Program-made: the position numbers and the translations under genes
DNA from: Eledone cirrhosa
Taxonomy: Eukaryota
Direction of reading: 5' to 3'
Length of the DNA stretch: 64,000 bases
Assembly (NCBI GenBank): GCA_964016885.1
Contig: OZ024741.1
Span: forward strand, 122,884,001 to 122,948,000
Notes under the pieces: model-generated
Databases searched by the model: none
What the model saw: the letters and a program-made list of their open reading frames with translations, nothing else
Told to the model about the DNA's origin: nothing
In this document: piece by piece, positions 1-13,554 of the stretch
How the letters are laid out: each line of letters starts with the position of its first letter
Position numbering within the stretch: position 1 is the first letter of the stretch

Positions 1-707
1 TCTCACACTAAAACTCCTCGAGAATAAAATTAAAAGTACACGACTGCGGAATGCTTCGCAAATGTCACGTTAGTTTCATGAACAGGGTGTTGCTTTGATC
101 AAAATGAACGTAACACTCAATGAAGAAACCGACGGAGGTCCAACACGCCTCCGCACAACACTTCAGTATAAATCAGAATGAGAAATCTAAGTTTCCGCTG
201 AGCCAAACGAAAACGCCATTTATAACGCCAATGTGAACTGGCTAGTCTATGCAGGTAAATTTGATTTTAGTATCACTTGTGAGAAAATTGATATCTGTTA
301 GTGGAAGCAATGTAAGTTGTAAACAAAAGCAGAATAGTCAATGTTATATTTGATTACATTTTTAAGAAGCTCAAGACTGATTTATTTCACACCAATTTTC
401 ACTAAACCCTTCAGCATTCTTTCTGTTTGCACAAATATCGACATTACGTTTTCCTTGGAATGTTTTATCGTCGTGTTTTATTCAATAGAAGAACGTTTGG
501 CTAATGGGAAAATCCATGCCTGTGTTTGAATATTAAACTAAATGTATAGCTACCTAACATTGATTTTGCTAACATGTGTGGTATTGACCACACATGGAGT
601 CGTATTGACATACAACCATTCTCTCCAGGTTTGAATACAACAGATTTCCTTCAGAGAAAGATAGACGATGAGAGAATAGAAATAAGAGAGAAATATAGGG
701 GAAGAAA

Positions 708-857
708 TAACCCCAGTATTCGACTGGTACTTTGTTTATCGAGCTTGAATGAAGGAAAATCGAAGTTTATTCGGCGGGATGTGAACTAATGGATCAGAGA
801 GCCGAAACGACTAATTCAAGGCATTCTATTCGAAGTTCTAACAACACTGCCAAATCA
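708..857 (-). mobile_element. Degenerate tRNA-derived SINE
   Basis: Diverged reverse-complement match to the SINE repeated at 24865-25080, 26641-26784, 37435-37625 and elsewhere (ctggtactttgtttatcga...cggcgggatgtgaact). Confidence 0.55.
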
Positions 858-1449
858 TTGTCTATGAATAAACAATACTATTTTGTAATTACAAAAGAAC
901 GGCAAAGATGATGATCAAGATGAGTGAGAAAGACGTATGTGTCAACAACGAATTCAAAACATCAATTCATGAAGTGTCAAATGCCAGCAACCAACAGCAA
1001 ATAAATATAGCTTAATTCTTTCAAAGAATGAACACAAGAGATGATTAAGGAGTAAATCAAATGAAAGCTTAATTATTTATTTAGAATAAATATTACGGAG
1101 CAAAAATGAAGACGTTTGTCGACTATACACGCTAAAATAAAATGAAGTAATTATCAGGTGACATTCCATTAATTCAAGAATTTTACGTCCAGAAAATCGT
1201 AAAACATGAAGTGTTAAGCATTATACTAAAACTGAAGATGTTATATTTGAAATAAGTAAAAAACAACAACAAAAAAAAACGAACAAAAACGAAGATATGT
1301 GATGTACTTTACATTACATTTATTATGTCATCAACAACAGCCGCTCTGTCATGAACATTTTGTGAAGGATATTGCCATGTTGTCTATGTATGTCCAATGA
1401 AAACAATATTATTTTATTTCGTATCTACGGGAATACAGATAGCCCGGCG

Positions 1450-1451
<2 letters not shown>

Positions 1452-1540
<89 letters not shown>
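1452..1540. repeat. (CA)n microsatellite followed by short (TA)n
   Basis: Direct reading. It explains the poly-HT ORFs. Confidence 0.98.
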
Positions 1541-1541
<1 letters not shown>

Positions 1542-2205
1542 CCGAGGCGAAAACCATTCACTGTTCATCAGCTAGCTTGGAGTCGAAAATCTCCCTTCAT
1601 CTCTTTGCCAGATACTAAGAATATACTTTATCGGAGATCCTTAATAAGGAGATACTACTGTAATTGGAACAATCTCTCTTGTCTACCTTTCTGAAAATTA
1701 GGATTATCTCTCCCGATTGCCATTGCTTAGGTGCCCTTCCGGAGATCCAGACCACCCGTCACACACGAGTCAGCCAGAGAATCCCTTTTTTATTTAAGGC
1801 TTTTAACATCTCGGGCCAGATTTTGTCCTTCCCAAAGGCTTTGAGCTGTTTAACTGATTTTGCGAGCTCAGCCTCTAACAGATTAGTCACTACTCTTAGA
1901 TGCACATCGTGTACATCCGAACATGCTGTCGTAATCGGGTTTAAGAGATCAGAAAAGTATTCTCTTCACCTCACGAGGATCCACCTCTCTGGGGAGAAGA
2001 GAAACCTAGACACGTTCTTGATAGCAGGTGTAGAGGAGGGATTTTTATTACAAAGTCGGCGCATGGTCTACCAAAGCACTTATTTTGCTGATCTGAAATG
2101 GGATTCCAGCTTAATCCAAAAGTCCTCCCATTGGAGACTGTTGCTTCTGACAGTGACCGCTAAAAGGAGAGTTTGAGGACTCTGCTGCCACGACCCTCGC
2201 AGGAA
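1541..2205 (-). mobile_element. Degenerate RTE-clade LINE fragment (Rex3/Expander-like, RT N-terminal region)
   Basis: Minus-strand translation with stops and frameshifts gives EDFWIKLESHFRSA..REYFSDLLNP..GILWLTRV..WISGRAPKQWQSGEIILIFRKVDKRDCSNYSSISLL..KVYS..DEQ. This matches RTE RT motifs (WxxGxxPxxWxxxxIxPIxKKGDxxxCxNYRxIxLL). Confidence 0.8.
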
Positions 2206-2231
2206 TTTGTGGGCGAATAATAATAATAATA

Positions 2232-5200
2232 AATTGGAGGGAATGAAGGTGAAGAGGTTGAGACACCTGAGGAAGCATCCGAAGCAGACAATGATCTGAA
2301 TGCTGAAATACATAACATCTGGAACGAAGATATGGCCATTAAGGAAATTAATGCTGACGGGCTAGGACAAGATTAGGTTGATATCCTGAATTTAGTGGTA
2401 GATGAAATGAATAATGATAGAGGAAAACCTATGAACCTAAGATTTGTAGACGGAAAAAAAGTTAAAAGAAACAACAGCTAAGGTTAACAAAGTCATCCGA
2501 TACCTTGAGGCGAGGAACCTTCACCAATGCAACAATATCCTCAAAGCAACAGCAAATGGGGTGAGGAAATTTCTTGGCATAAAAACGAGAGGAAACAACA
2601 CATTGGTGGAAGAAACGACTGAATGGTCAAATCAAGGAACTGAGAAAAGACATTGAAAAGCTTGAGTCCCTACTGAATGGGACATTACAAAACATAGACA
2701 CTAAAAATAGATTGGAAATAAAGTACAAAACTAGGGGGAAACAGCTAAATATTTTCATAGAGGAACTGAAGAAACGCATTGTAGCAAAAAGTGCAAAGAT
2801 TAGGCGGTACGAGAGCAGAGTCAGTCAGTATAGACAGAACCGCATGTTTGACAACAGCCAGAAGATGTTTGAACAGTATGAAGGGAAAGAAAGAGGCAAC
2901 GACTTGATCCCTGAGGCGGCCAGACTAAGACATTCTGGAGAGTAATATGAGAGCAGGATGCTGACATAATGGTCGGGCAGTGTGGATTGTGACAGTACAA
3001 AAGGAGATTAGTGAACAAGCACACCAACAAACTGATTTGAGTATCACAGTTGAAACTCTTAGAGGGCAGGCCAAAAAACTAACCAACTGCAAATCACCAG
3101 ATCCAGATTGTGTGCAGGGGTATTGGATTAAAGATATAACATCCCCCCACCCGAAACTGACAACCATGTTCAATGACTGCTTAATGTCGGGTGAAGTATC
3201 AGAGTGGTTGACAAAAGGTGCCACAGTTCTGGTAATGAAAGACCGAATCAAGGGTAATGATGTTACCAACTATAGACCTACCACATGTCTGTCCGTAATG
3301 TGGAAACTGTTGACAAGCATTATGTCTGAGGAAATCTACCATCACCTCCACATAAACAACTTGCTACCGGACGAACAGAAAGGATGCCGAAAGACGTCCC
3401 GTGGTACAAAAGACCAGCTACTTATTGATAAGATTGTAATGAGGAATTGCAAGAGAAGACACACTGGTCTTGCCATGGGATGGATAGATTACAAAAAGGC
3501 ATTCGACATGGTACCTCATTCTTGGATAACCAAAAGCCTAGAGATGTTCAAGGTGGCAGATAACATCAAGCAGTTGTTGAGCAAAAGTATGAAGTCCTGG
3601 AAAACAGAGTTAACATCAGCTGGAGAATCCTTGGGAGGCGTGAAGATCAAGAGAAGTATCTTCCACGGAGATAGTTTGTCCCTTCTGCTGTTTGCCCTTG
3701 CCCTGATACCCCTGACCATTATATTGCGAAAAGTGAGAGCAGGATACAAGTTGGGAAAAGGAGAACTTACCATCAACCACCTCCTCTTCATGGACGATCT
3801 TAAACTCTTTGGGGAGAGTGGGAAGGAGTTGGATGTACTTGTTGACACTCTCCGTATTTTCAGCAATGATATACGTATGGAATTTGGTATTAATAAGTGT
3901 GGAGTCCTTGTGATGAAGAGGGGTAAATTGAGCAGAAGCAACGGAATCCAGGTACCAACAGGTGAGATGTTAAAGGAAATTGACACTGAAGGATACAAAT
4001 ATTTAGGTGTTCTGGAGGCAGATGACAACAAGAATAAAAACATGAAGGAATTGATAAGATCTAAGTATATTAGGAGAGTAAGGAGCATATTAAAATCACA
4101 TCTAAATAGTAGGAATGCCATAAGTGCAGTGAATTCCCGAGCTGTGTCTATTATTAGGTACAGTGCGGGAATTCTGAAATGGAATGTTGCTGAAAAAAAA
4201 GAAATGGATATGAAGACTAGGAAGCTATTGACTATCTACAACATGTTCCACTAGAGGAGTTATGTCGATAGACTCTACTTAAAGAGATCTGAAGGTGGAA
4301 GAGGTCTTATCTGCACAGAGAACTCTGTTCAGATGGAGAAAATAACCTGCACAAATACGTGACTGACAGTAGGGAGCTAATACTCAAAATTGTACTGAAG
4401 GAGAAGACAATTGATCAGGGGATGTCCAAGGAGGAAATAACAACAAGGTGGAATATCAACCTTCATGAAAAATCCCTTCATATTACCTTCTTTAAGAAGA
4501 CTGAATTTAGAGATCCACAGACATGGAACTGGTTAAAAAGAGAAGACCTGAAAAAGGCTGCAGAAGGAATGTTAATGGCTGCGCAAGAGCAGGCACTCAG
4601 AATAGAGCGGGTGAAACACCATATTTACAAGGAGGAGGCTAGCCCACTGTGTAGGATCTGTGGAGAGAGAGAGAGGAGGCTGTGGCTTACATTGTATCCG
4701 AGTGTAAACACCTAGCTCAGGTTCACTATAAATGCTGGAGACGTGATATGATGGGCAGGGTGATCCACTGGTACCTATGCAAAGTAAACAATCAACCACA
4801 TTCTGAGAAGTGGTATGAGCATAAACCAGAGTCAGTGATAGAAAACGATCAGGTGCAGGTGCTATGGGATTTTAGGATACAGGCGGACAAGAAATTAGAA
4901 CACAATAGGCCTGACGTGGTGGTTTTGGACAATGAAAAAAGATCGCGTCTGATTGTAGATGTAGCCTGCCCATTTGACACCAGAGTGCAAGAGAAGGAGA
5001 GGGAGAAAATTAACCGATACCAGGACTTGAAGTGGGAGGTAAAAAAGGATTTGGAACTGCCATGAAGTCAAGGTCGTCCCTATTGTCATAGGCACACTAG
5101 GTACTATCTCAAAGAGTTTCCAAGGATGGTTAAAGAAGATTAGTCCAGCTGCGCTTTTGGGAAGACTTCAAAAGGCATGCTTATGTGAATAGCAAGAACC

Positions 5201-5330
5201 GTCCGATGCGTCCTGAACATCTGAGGCTGCAGGTAGCAGCTTGAATATTCATTCCAACAAACTTTCCAGTTAACTAACATCAATGACTGAGACTCAAAGA
5301 ACAATAATAATAATAATAATAATAATAATG

Positions 5331-5362
<32 letters not shown>
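2232..5362 (+). mobile_element. R4/Dong-clade non-LTR retrotransposon, copy A (5'-truncated, frameshifted)
   Basis: RT motifs NYRPTTCL, EQKGC, WIDYKKAFDMVPH and HLLFMDDLKL. CCHC finger (CRICGERE..IVSEC) and restriction-like endonuclease RPDVVVLD..IVDVACPFD..EKINRY. Short (TAA)n at the 5' junction (~2216-2232) and a long (TAA)n tail (~5302-5362). Confidence 0.92.
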
Positions 5363-5363
<1 letters not shown>

Positions 5364-5756
5364 GAAGGGAAGAAAACGCACATGGTGGATATATATCGTT
5401 ATGGAATCGCTCCCGTAAGTTTTTGATTTTTACTTATTTAAAACAACTGTGATAGAATAATTCTTATTACAAATGAAATATAAGATTACAGGTTTCCGCT
5501 CAGCAAGCCACAACGCATCACATTACGGCATAGGTCCCCAATATTTAATATTTAATTTTGGGTCAGAAATGTTATAGTCGAAAAAGCGAAATATGGCAAA
5601 ATGGCTAAGTGGACAGACAGGCAAATAATTTCAACACCAACACCACCACCGCCACCATCACCACTACCACGCCAAAAACTCTAGTCAAGATACCTCAACT
5701 TCTATTTCTACTTCAACTTCAACACCATCACTACAGTACTACGATCACATCACCAC

Positions 5757-5882
5757 CACCACTGCCTCATTATCGCTACCGCCTCTATTCTCTCCCACTA
5801 CCTTCTGCTAAATACTACTAACACAGCACCACTGTCTCATTATCGCTACCGCCGCTATTCTCTCCCACTACCTCCTGCTAAG
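5757..5882 (+). repeat. Two-copy ~71-bp tandem duplication in CAC/CTA-rich low-complexity DNA
   Basis: caccactg(c/t)ctcattatcgctaccgcc(t/g)ctattctctcccactacct(t/c)ctgctaa occurs twice. Confidence 0.85.
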
Positions 5883-6129
5883 ATATGCATCGTAGTGTCC
5901 CCACTAAGAGAGGAAGGTATTAAAAGATATAAATAGACTAATTTGATGACCCGGTCAAAAAATCAAAAAAAACAAAGATCAAAATCAAACCAGCACAGCA
6001 GCAATGTAAAACGTAAAGAAATGAAAAGAAAAGAAAAGAAAAAGGAAAAGAAAAACAAACAGACAGACAGACAAGCAAAAAAAAACTAAGTCAGACATTC
6101 AAACATTACATTACAATGAAACTTATGCT

Positions 6130-9100
6130 TATTCTTTTTGGGGGAGTTTTTACCTATTTGTTTGTTTGTTTATTTATGTTCGTCTACAGCGTGATAGTGC
6201 CACACTAAAATCACCGGTGGTTATGTAACCATACATTCACCAATCCTCGATAAGAGTGTTTAAATGTCGAACCTAAAGAGTTCGAATATCGGTGAAGTGG
6301 AGACTGGAATGTCATGTAACATACTCTCACCCAGCAGGTGCTCCCTGGCTCAGCAGCAGGGACCTGGCTGTCAACCAAATACTGCTGGCGTCGGAGGAAG
6401 AAGAAGGAGGAAAGAGACCAGAACCAACTGCACGAAAGAATTGAATAGAACTGTTATGCAATGTTACCTGAAGAGTAACCCCAAGGAGAAAGGCTATAGG
6501 AAACGGATGCATTACACCTGGAACGAGATTGGTCTATTTAAATTAGCTCAGATAATAAGAACTAATGGGTGGATAAGCGAGCTGGAACTGGAGGAACTGA
6601 GCAGAGCGATTAGGTTGGAAATGGAGAGTGGAGTATGCGAGGCAAACGAGCCAGTGGGAAATGAAGGTGAAGAGGTTGAGAGAATGGAGGAACCATCCAA
6701 AGCAGACAATGATCTGAATGCTGAAATAAATAATACCTGGAACAAAGATACGGCCATTGAGGAGATGAATGTTGACGGGCTAGGACAAGATTTGGTTGAT
6801 ATCCTAAACTTAGTGGTAGATAAATTGAACAATCATAGTGGGAAACCTATGAACCTAATATTTGTAGACTGGAAAAAGTTAAAAGAAACAACAGCTAAGG
6901 TAAACAAAGTCATCCCATATGTTGAGGCGAGGAGCCTTCACCAGTACAACAATATCCTCAAAGCCACAGCAAATGCGGCGAGGAAATTACTTGGCATAAA
7001 AGCGAGAGGAAACAACAAACAAGAAAGATCAGAACCTTGGTGGAAGAAACGACCGAATGATCAAATCAGGGAAATGAGAAATGACATTGGAAAGCTTGAG
7101 TCCCTACTGAATGGGACACTAGAAAACATAGACACTAAAAATAGACTGGAAATAAAATACAAAACTAGGAGGAAAAAGCTAAATATTATCATAGAAGAAC
7201 TGAAGCAACGCATTGTAGCAAAGAGTGCAAAAATTAGACGATACGAGAGCAAAGTCAGTCAGAATAGACAGAACCGCATGTTTAACAACAACCAGACGTT
7301 GCTGTTTGGACAGCTTGAAGGGAAAGAAAGAGGCAACGACTTGATCCCTGAGGCGGAGCAAACTAAGACATTCTGGAGAAGAATATGGGAGCAGGATGTT
7401 AAACATAATGACGGGACAGTGTGGATTGAGAGAGTACAAAAGGAGATTAGTGAACAAGCACACCAATACATTTATTTGAGTATCTCAGTTAAAACTCTTA
7501 AGGGGCAGGCCAAAAAACTAACCAACTGGAAATCACCAGGCCCAGATGGTGTGCAGGGGTATTGGATTAAACTTATAACATCCCTCCACCCGAAACTTAC
7601 AACCATGTTCAATGACTGCTTGATGTCAGGTGAGGTAGCAGAGTGGTTGATAAAAGGTACCACAGTTCTGGTAATGAAAGACCGAATCAAGGGTAATGAT
7701 GTTACCAACTATAGACCTATCACATGTCTGTCCATAATGTGGAAACTGTTGACAAGCATTATCTCTGAGGAAATCTACCATCACCTCCATAAAAACAACT
7801 TGTTACCGGACGAACAGAAAGGATGCCGAAAGAAGTCACGTGGTACAAAGACCAGTTATTTATTGATAAGACGGTAATGAGGAATTGCAAGAGGAGACAC
7901 ACTGGTCTTGCCATGGGATTGGTAGACTACAAAAAGGCATTCGACATGGTGCCTCATTCTTGGATCACCAAAAGCCTAGAGATCTTCAAGGTGGCAGATA
8001 GCATCAGACAGTTGTTGAGCAAAAGTATGAAGTCCTGGAAAACAGAGTTAACATCAGCTGGAGAATCCTTGGGAGGCGTGAAGATCAAGAGAGGTATCTT
8101 CCAGGGAGTTAGTCTGTCCACTCTGTTGTTTGTCCTTGCCCTGATGCTCCTGACCATTATACTGCGAAAAGTGAGAGCAGGATACAAGTTGGGAAAGGGA
8201 GAGCTTACCATTAACCACCTCCTCTTCATGGACGATCTTAAACTCTTTGGGAAGAGTGGGAAGGAGTTGGATGTATTTGTTGACACTGTCCGTATTTTCA
8301 GCAATGATATATGTATGCAATTTGGTATTAGTAAGTTTGGTGTCCTTGTGATGAAGAGGGGGTAAATTGAGCAGAAGCAACGGAATCCAGGTACCAACAG
8401 GTGAGATGATAAAGGAAATTGACACTGAAGAGGGATACAAGTATTTGGGTGTTCTGGAGGCTGATGACATCAAGAACAAAAAAAATGAAGGAATTGATAA
8501 GATCTGAATACATTCGGAGAGAAAGCAGCGTATTAAAATCACATCTGAACAGTAGGAATGCCATAAGTGCAGTAAATTCCCGAGCTGTGTCTATTATTAG
8601 GTACAGTGCGGGAATTCTGAGATAGAATGTTGCTGAACAAAAAGAAATGGATGGGAAGTCTAGGAAGCTATTGACTATATACAACATGTTCCACAAGAGG
8701 AGTGATATCGATAGACTCTACTTATGGAGATCTGAAGGTGGAAGAGGTCTTATCAGCATAGAGGACTGTGTTAAGATGGAGAAAAACAACCTACACAAAT
8801 ACGTGACTGATAGTAGGGAGCCAATGCTCAGAATTGTACTGAAGGAGAGGACAATAGACCAGGGGATGTCCAAGGAGAAAATAACAACAAGGAGAAAGAG
8901 CAGCCTTCATGAAAAATCCCTTCATAGTACCTTCTTTGAGAAAACTGAATTCAGAGATCCACAGACATGGAACTGGTGGAAAAGTGGAGACCTTAAAAAG
9001 GCTACAGAAGGAATGCTAATGGATGCGCAAGAGCAGGCCCTCAAAACGAAGTGGTTGAAACACCATATTTACAAGAGGAGGCTAGCCCACCTTGCAGGAT

Positions 9101-9785
9101 CTGTGGAGAGAGAGAGGAGACTGTGTCTCACATTGTATCCGAGTGTAAACAGCTAGCCCATACTCACTAAAAAGGCTGGAGACATGATGTGATGGGCAGG
9201 GTGATCCACTGGCACCTATGCAAAGTAAACAATTTACCAAATTCTGAGAAGTGGTATGAGCATAAGCCAGAGTCGGTGATAGTAAACGATCAGGTGAAGG
9301 TGCTGTGGGATTTTAGGATACAGAAGGACAAGAAACTGGAACACAATAGTCCTGACCTGGTGGTTCTGGACAAGGAAAAAAGATCGTGCCTGATTGTGGA
9401 TGTGGCCTGCCCATTCGACATGAGAGTGCAAGAGAAGGAGAGGGAGAAAATTAACCGATACCAGGACTTAAAGTGGGAGGCAAAAAGGATTTGGAACTGC
9501 CATGAAGTCAAAGTGATCCCGATTATCATAGGCGCACTAGGTACTATCTCAAATAGTTTCCGGGGATGGTTAAAGAAAATTGGCCCCGCCAAGCTTTTTG
9601 GAACGCTTCAAAAGGCATGCTTGCTGGGAACAGCAAGAACCCTCCGATACGTTCTGAATATCTGAGGTAGTGGCTTGATATTCATTTCAACAAACTTTCC
9701 AGTTAACTAACATCAATGACTGAGACTCAAAAAATAGTAATAATGATGAGGAGGGGTAGGTTGAGATTCAAGGAATAACAATAAC

Positions 9786-9836
<51 letters not shown>
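6130..9836 (+). mobile_element. R4/Dong-clade non-LTR retrotransposon, copy B (near full length, several frameshifts and stops; 5' boundary approximate)
   Basis: Broken ORF 6264-9665 with an N-terminal TKELNRTVMQCY motif, RT (WKSPGPDG, NYRPITCL, GIFQG, FMDD) and endonuclease (SPDLVVLD..VDVACPFD, IPIIIGALG). Same family as copy A. Ends in (TAA)n at ~9773-9836. Confidence 0.92.
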
Positions 9837-9838
<2 letters not shown>

Positions 9839-10099
9839 TTTCTTTATTAACCACAAGGGTTTACATAAAGTAGACATTAAGGACAGTGCAGGACAATGCA
9901 GGACGGTACAAATGGGCATTTCTGCGTGTAAAAAAAACAAAAATAGAGGATGTAACAAAAATAACAATGAAAATAACAATGAAAAATTCCCCAATAGGGG
10001 GGAGACTTCGGAGGGACATTTGTGGAGAAAGCCCAGTAAAAAGCCACAATGACCCTGACCACCAAGGCAAGTGCCCTCTCCCAGTTTTCCACCTTTAGT

Positions 10100-13000
10100 T
10101 TACAGATATATACTCAGAGTCGGCCCATTCACTCGGGCCATTCTTGCTTCTCTCACCCATCTTTCAACAAAATGCTGGGAAGAGAGCACTTCCTTCTCTA
10201 CTCTGATTTTCCTTTTCAAATGAAATTTGAAAAAGTCAATCAGAGCATCACCGAAGAGGTAAGTGCTCGTCTTCAGCCCTTTCAAACGTGTCCACCATAC
10301 TATCTCTTTCGCCATGGCCACCAGACAGATAAAAACTGCCTGCCCTTCCCGGCTAAAGGAGGAGGGCGGGGCAATCCTCACGATAGACTCAGATGATAGC
10401 TGGATCCGTCCTAAACGCGACAGCAGGTGTTCGACATAAACCCACAAGTCAGCAATTTTCGGACACTGGACGAGTGCGTGCAGGACGGTTTCGTCGCCCT
10501 GCGCGCATCTCGGACATGCCCGGCTGACGGCACCTCCATGCCTGTAGAGTTTATCCCGAACTGGCAAGGCTCCTCGGTAGCACTGCCAGGCCAGAGATTT
10601 CTGGAAGTTGTCCATAGGCCCTGGCCCGAAGGTTCTTCCGAAGAGATTGGCTAGTTGATTTTCGTCGACGCCTAGAGTTTCCCCAAGTACGTCGTCGCTC
10701 TTCCCCTCCACTAATCCTCTATAGAACGCCGAGGTGGAGTTTCCACCGATCACATTGCCCGATTGGTCGAGGGCTGTGAGCGCCTGAAGACATTCCAGTC
10801 TCCAGGCGCTCCCTCTCGGTCTTCGCTTGACCCAGGACTGCAGCTCCGTCAAGGAAACGAGCTGGGGAAAAACGCGTCTAGCAAACGGCGACCACACCTG
10901 ATCACCGTCGAGGAAGAGGTGGAGATGTCGTAGCCTGAGCGCGTGCCTGCGCATCATCAGCCACGGCATGCCCAGCCCTCCACGTAGCGGGTGTTGACAA
11001 CAGATGGACCGCCTGACCATCGGAGCACGTCCCTTCCACAAAAAGCGAAAGAGCAAACGCTCCAGCGCAGTCAGGCGAGGCTTAGGACAAGGTACGACGG
11101 TTAGGCGGTAGCAGATGACAGACGCGATGTACGCGTTAGCCACCTCCGCTCGACCTTTCAGGGATAGCTTCCTCTCCGCCCATTTCTGGGTGAGAGAAGC
11201 CACCCTGCTCGTCACCTCGTCCCAGTTTTTGTCCGTCTGGAGGTCCGGACCGAACCAGACCCCTAGCAATTTAACCGGTCCGTCCGTCCAGCGCCCGACG
11301 ACGCTGTTGGACGGCATGGACCTGCCTCTCCAGGTGCCGAGCTGCAGGCCCACTGACTTTTCCTGGTTGATCATTGCTCCTGTCACCGCTTCGTATTCTC
11401 TTAGTGTAGTGCCGATCGCCTCGATGTGTTTGGCGTTCGACACCACTACGGTGACATCGTCCGCATATGCTGACACGGATCTTCCGCATCCTAGTTCGCG
11501 CGGGACTCCCCTCAACGTCTCCAGTTTGTGCAGTAATGGCTCGAGAGTCAATACGTACAAGAGGGACGAGAGGGGACATCCTTGGCGGACCGAGCGCATG
11601 ATGTTGAACGGTTCCGACAGGTGACCGTTCACTCTCACCACAGAGCAGATGTCGCTGTGCATGGCAGCGATCCAGCCTCTGAAGACGGGCCCAAAGCCAG
11701 CCGCCCTCAGGACTGCCGCTAGGTAACGATGGTCGACCCTATCGAAAGCTTTCGACTGATCTAAATTGATCAAGGACCCACCCGTGCCAGGTTCCCTAGC
11801 TACCCTCTCTACGATGTATCGCATGAGGTGGAGGTTGTCGTGGATGGATCTGTCGGGAATGGCGCATGTCTGCGCCTCTCCCACCAGACCACCAACGACA
11901 AGCGCCAACCTCTTTGCTAGCACCTTGGCCAAAATCTTAAACTCTGTGTTTAGCAGAGTTATGGGCCGGAAATTGTCTATGTTATCCCCCTTGTTCGGAT
12001 CCTTTCTCAGCAGTGCCACCGCTCCTCGGCTCACAGAACTGGGAATTCTCCCGTTCTGTTGCCAGTTGCAGTAGACGTCCGCCAAGAGGCCTCCGAACAA
12101 GTCTGGCATCTGTACGTAAAGTTCATAGGGCAGACCATCCAAACCAGGCGATTTACCCCTTGTGCAGCCAGTCATTGCCTCCCTTACTTCAGCGGCTGTT
12201 ATCGGCTTTTCGCAACACTTCGCCTCAGTGGCCGAGAGCCGCGGCAGTCCGTCGAGGTAGACACTAAAGTCCATCCCTCTACCCGGCCCCCCGCTGCCCC
12301 CGAACAGCTGAGCGAAGTGTCGCTGAAAAGCTTCACACATTTGCCCGGGATCGAGTAGCATGCGCCCGTCGTGGTCCACCAAAGACCGGATCGTGGCTTT
12401 GTTGCCACGACGCGCCTCCGCCACTCGGGCCCATTGAACGGCTTTCGTCCCCTCGTGTCTGAGAGCACGCACCCTAGCTCTGACAACGCAGCCTTCGTGC
12501 TTTGCATTGAAGAATTGGTCAAGGGCCAATTTCGCCGCAAGCACGTCGGTCGCAATGCCTTTGCTAAGCGCCTCGTCTAATTTTCTAACTAGTTCTCCCT
12601 CTGCTCTATTTTTCTCTATTGCTAAAGCCTTACTAAACCTAATCGATTCTATTCTAATCGCTCTTTTCAGAGCAAACCACCACTTGTTGTTGACGATGGC
12701 CCCCGTCAACGCCCGCTTAACTAGTTCGCTAATCCGGTCTCTGTAGGCCTTGCGCGCTGGTAAGGACGCGTTTAGCTTCCAGTAGCCGGGTCCTCGTCTA
12801 TGAAGCCTATCTAAGTCAAGCACACAGATCACGAATTTGTGGTCCGTGTAGCTGACTATCTTGAATTGTGGACAGCCTATGCTAGACCTATCTATTTCCC
12901 TACAAAATACTCTATCTAGATATGATCTGGATGACCCTATGCGGTTTGTCCAAGTCCACATTGGCACATTCGGGAAATCCAATCGGTACCTGTCAGACAG

Positions 13001-13519
13001 TTCAAAACGCCTGAGCAGGTTGGTGAGGCTCTTGCACCCTCCACCCCTATCCGCTAATCCCACACAGTCCCAGCGTGCATCTAAGATCCCGTTCCAGTCG
13101 CCCACTAACACTAAAGAGCGCGACGTTCCAAGAAAGGTCTCCAGACGCCGGAAGAAATCAGGCCGCCCTGCTCCTGTCGGGGCATAGACGGCCACTAGCC
13201 TGAAAGCTTGCCCGTCTCCGCTGGTCACGTCCAGCACCACCAGCTTACCCTCTGGGTCCAGGAAGATGGCCCGTATGGCGAGATCCAAACCTCTCCGAAA
13301 AAGCACAGCAACTCCTCCACCCGATCCAGGACGGCTGGGAGATGCGTACACATCGTAGCCGCCGAAGATCGGTGCGAAGGCCCGTGCTTCGGAGATTCTG
13401 GTCTCGCTGATGGCCACTACATCTATGTTTAGTGACCTGAGGTCGTTGAGCAGGTGACCCTGCTTCCATGACGACCCCAAGCCACGCGCATTTATGCTGC
13501 CTATTCTGAGTGAGGTCAT
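10100..13519 (-). CDS. Tx1/L1 ORF2: APE endonuclease, reverse transcriptase and C-terminal CCHC
   Basis: 1139 aa open frame. APE motifs SINARGL, SETR, VYAP, GDWN, SYLDR and TDH. RT motifs KSPGLDG, NFRPITLLN, LDQSKAFDRV, RQGCPLS and AYADD. C-terminal CPRC..ETVLHALVQC. Confidence 0.95.
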   Translation of the reverse strand: MTSLRIGSINARGLGSSWKQGHLLNDLRSLNIDVVAISETRISEARAFAPIFGGYDVYASPSRPGSGGGVAVLFRRGLDLAIRAIFLDPEGKLVVLDVTSGDGQAFRLVAVYAPTGAGRPDFFRRLETFLGTSRSLVLVGDWNGILDARWDCVGLADRGGGCKSLTNLLRRFELSDRYRLDFPNVPMWTWTNRIGSSRSYLDRVFCREIDRSSIGCPQFKIVSYTDHKFVICVLDLDRLHRRGPGYWKLNASLPARKAYRDRISELVKRALTGAIVNNKWWFALKRAIRIESIRFSKALAIEKNRAEGELVRKLDEALSKGIATDVLAAKLALDQFFNAKHEGCVVRARVRALRHEGTKAVQWARVAEARRGNKATIRSLVDHDGRMLLDPGQMCEAFQRHFAQLFGGSGGPGRGMDFSVYLDGLPRLSATEAKCCEKPITAAEVREAMTGCTRGKSPGLDGLPYELYVQMPDLFGGLLADVYCNWQQNGRIPSSVSRGAVALLRKDPNKGDNIDNFRPITLLNTEFKILAKVLAKRLALVVGGLVGEAQTCAIPDRSIHDNLHLMRYIVERVAREPGTGGSLINLDQSKAFDRVDHRYLAAVLRAAGFGPVFRGWIAAMHSDICSVVRVNGHLSEPFNIMRSVRQGCPLSSLLYVLTLEPLLHKLETLRGVPRELGCGRSVSAYADDVTVVVSNAKHIEAIGTTLREYEAVTGAMINQEKSVGLQLGTWRGRSMPSNSVVGRWTDGPVKLLGVWFGPDLQTDKNWDEVTSRVASLTQKWAERKLSLKGRAEVANAYIASVICYRLTVVPCPKPRLTALERLLFRFLWKGRAPMVRRSICCQHPLRGGLGMPWLMMRRHALRLRHLHLFLDGDQVWSPFARRVFPQLVSLTELQSWVKRRPRGSAWRLECLQALTALDQSGNVIGGNSTSAFYRGLVEGKSDDVLGETLGVDENQLANLFGRTFGPGPMDNFQKSLAWQCYRGALPVRDKLYRHGGAVSRACPRCAQGDETVLHALVQCPKIADLWVYVEHLLSRLGRIQLSSESIVRIAPPSSFSREGQAVFICLVAMAKEIVWWTRLKGLKTSTYLFGDALIDFFKFHLKRKIRVEKEVLSSQHFVERWVREARMARVNGPTLSIYL

Positions 13520-13554
13520 GTTTAAAATAGAGTGGAAAAGATGGGAAAGACCAC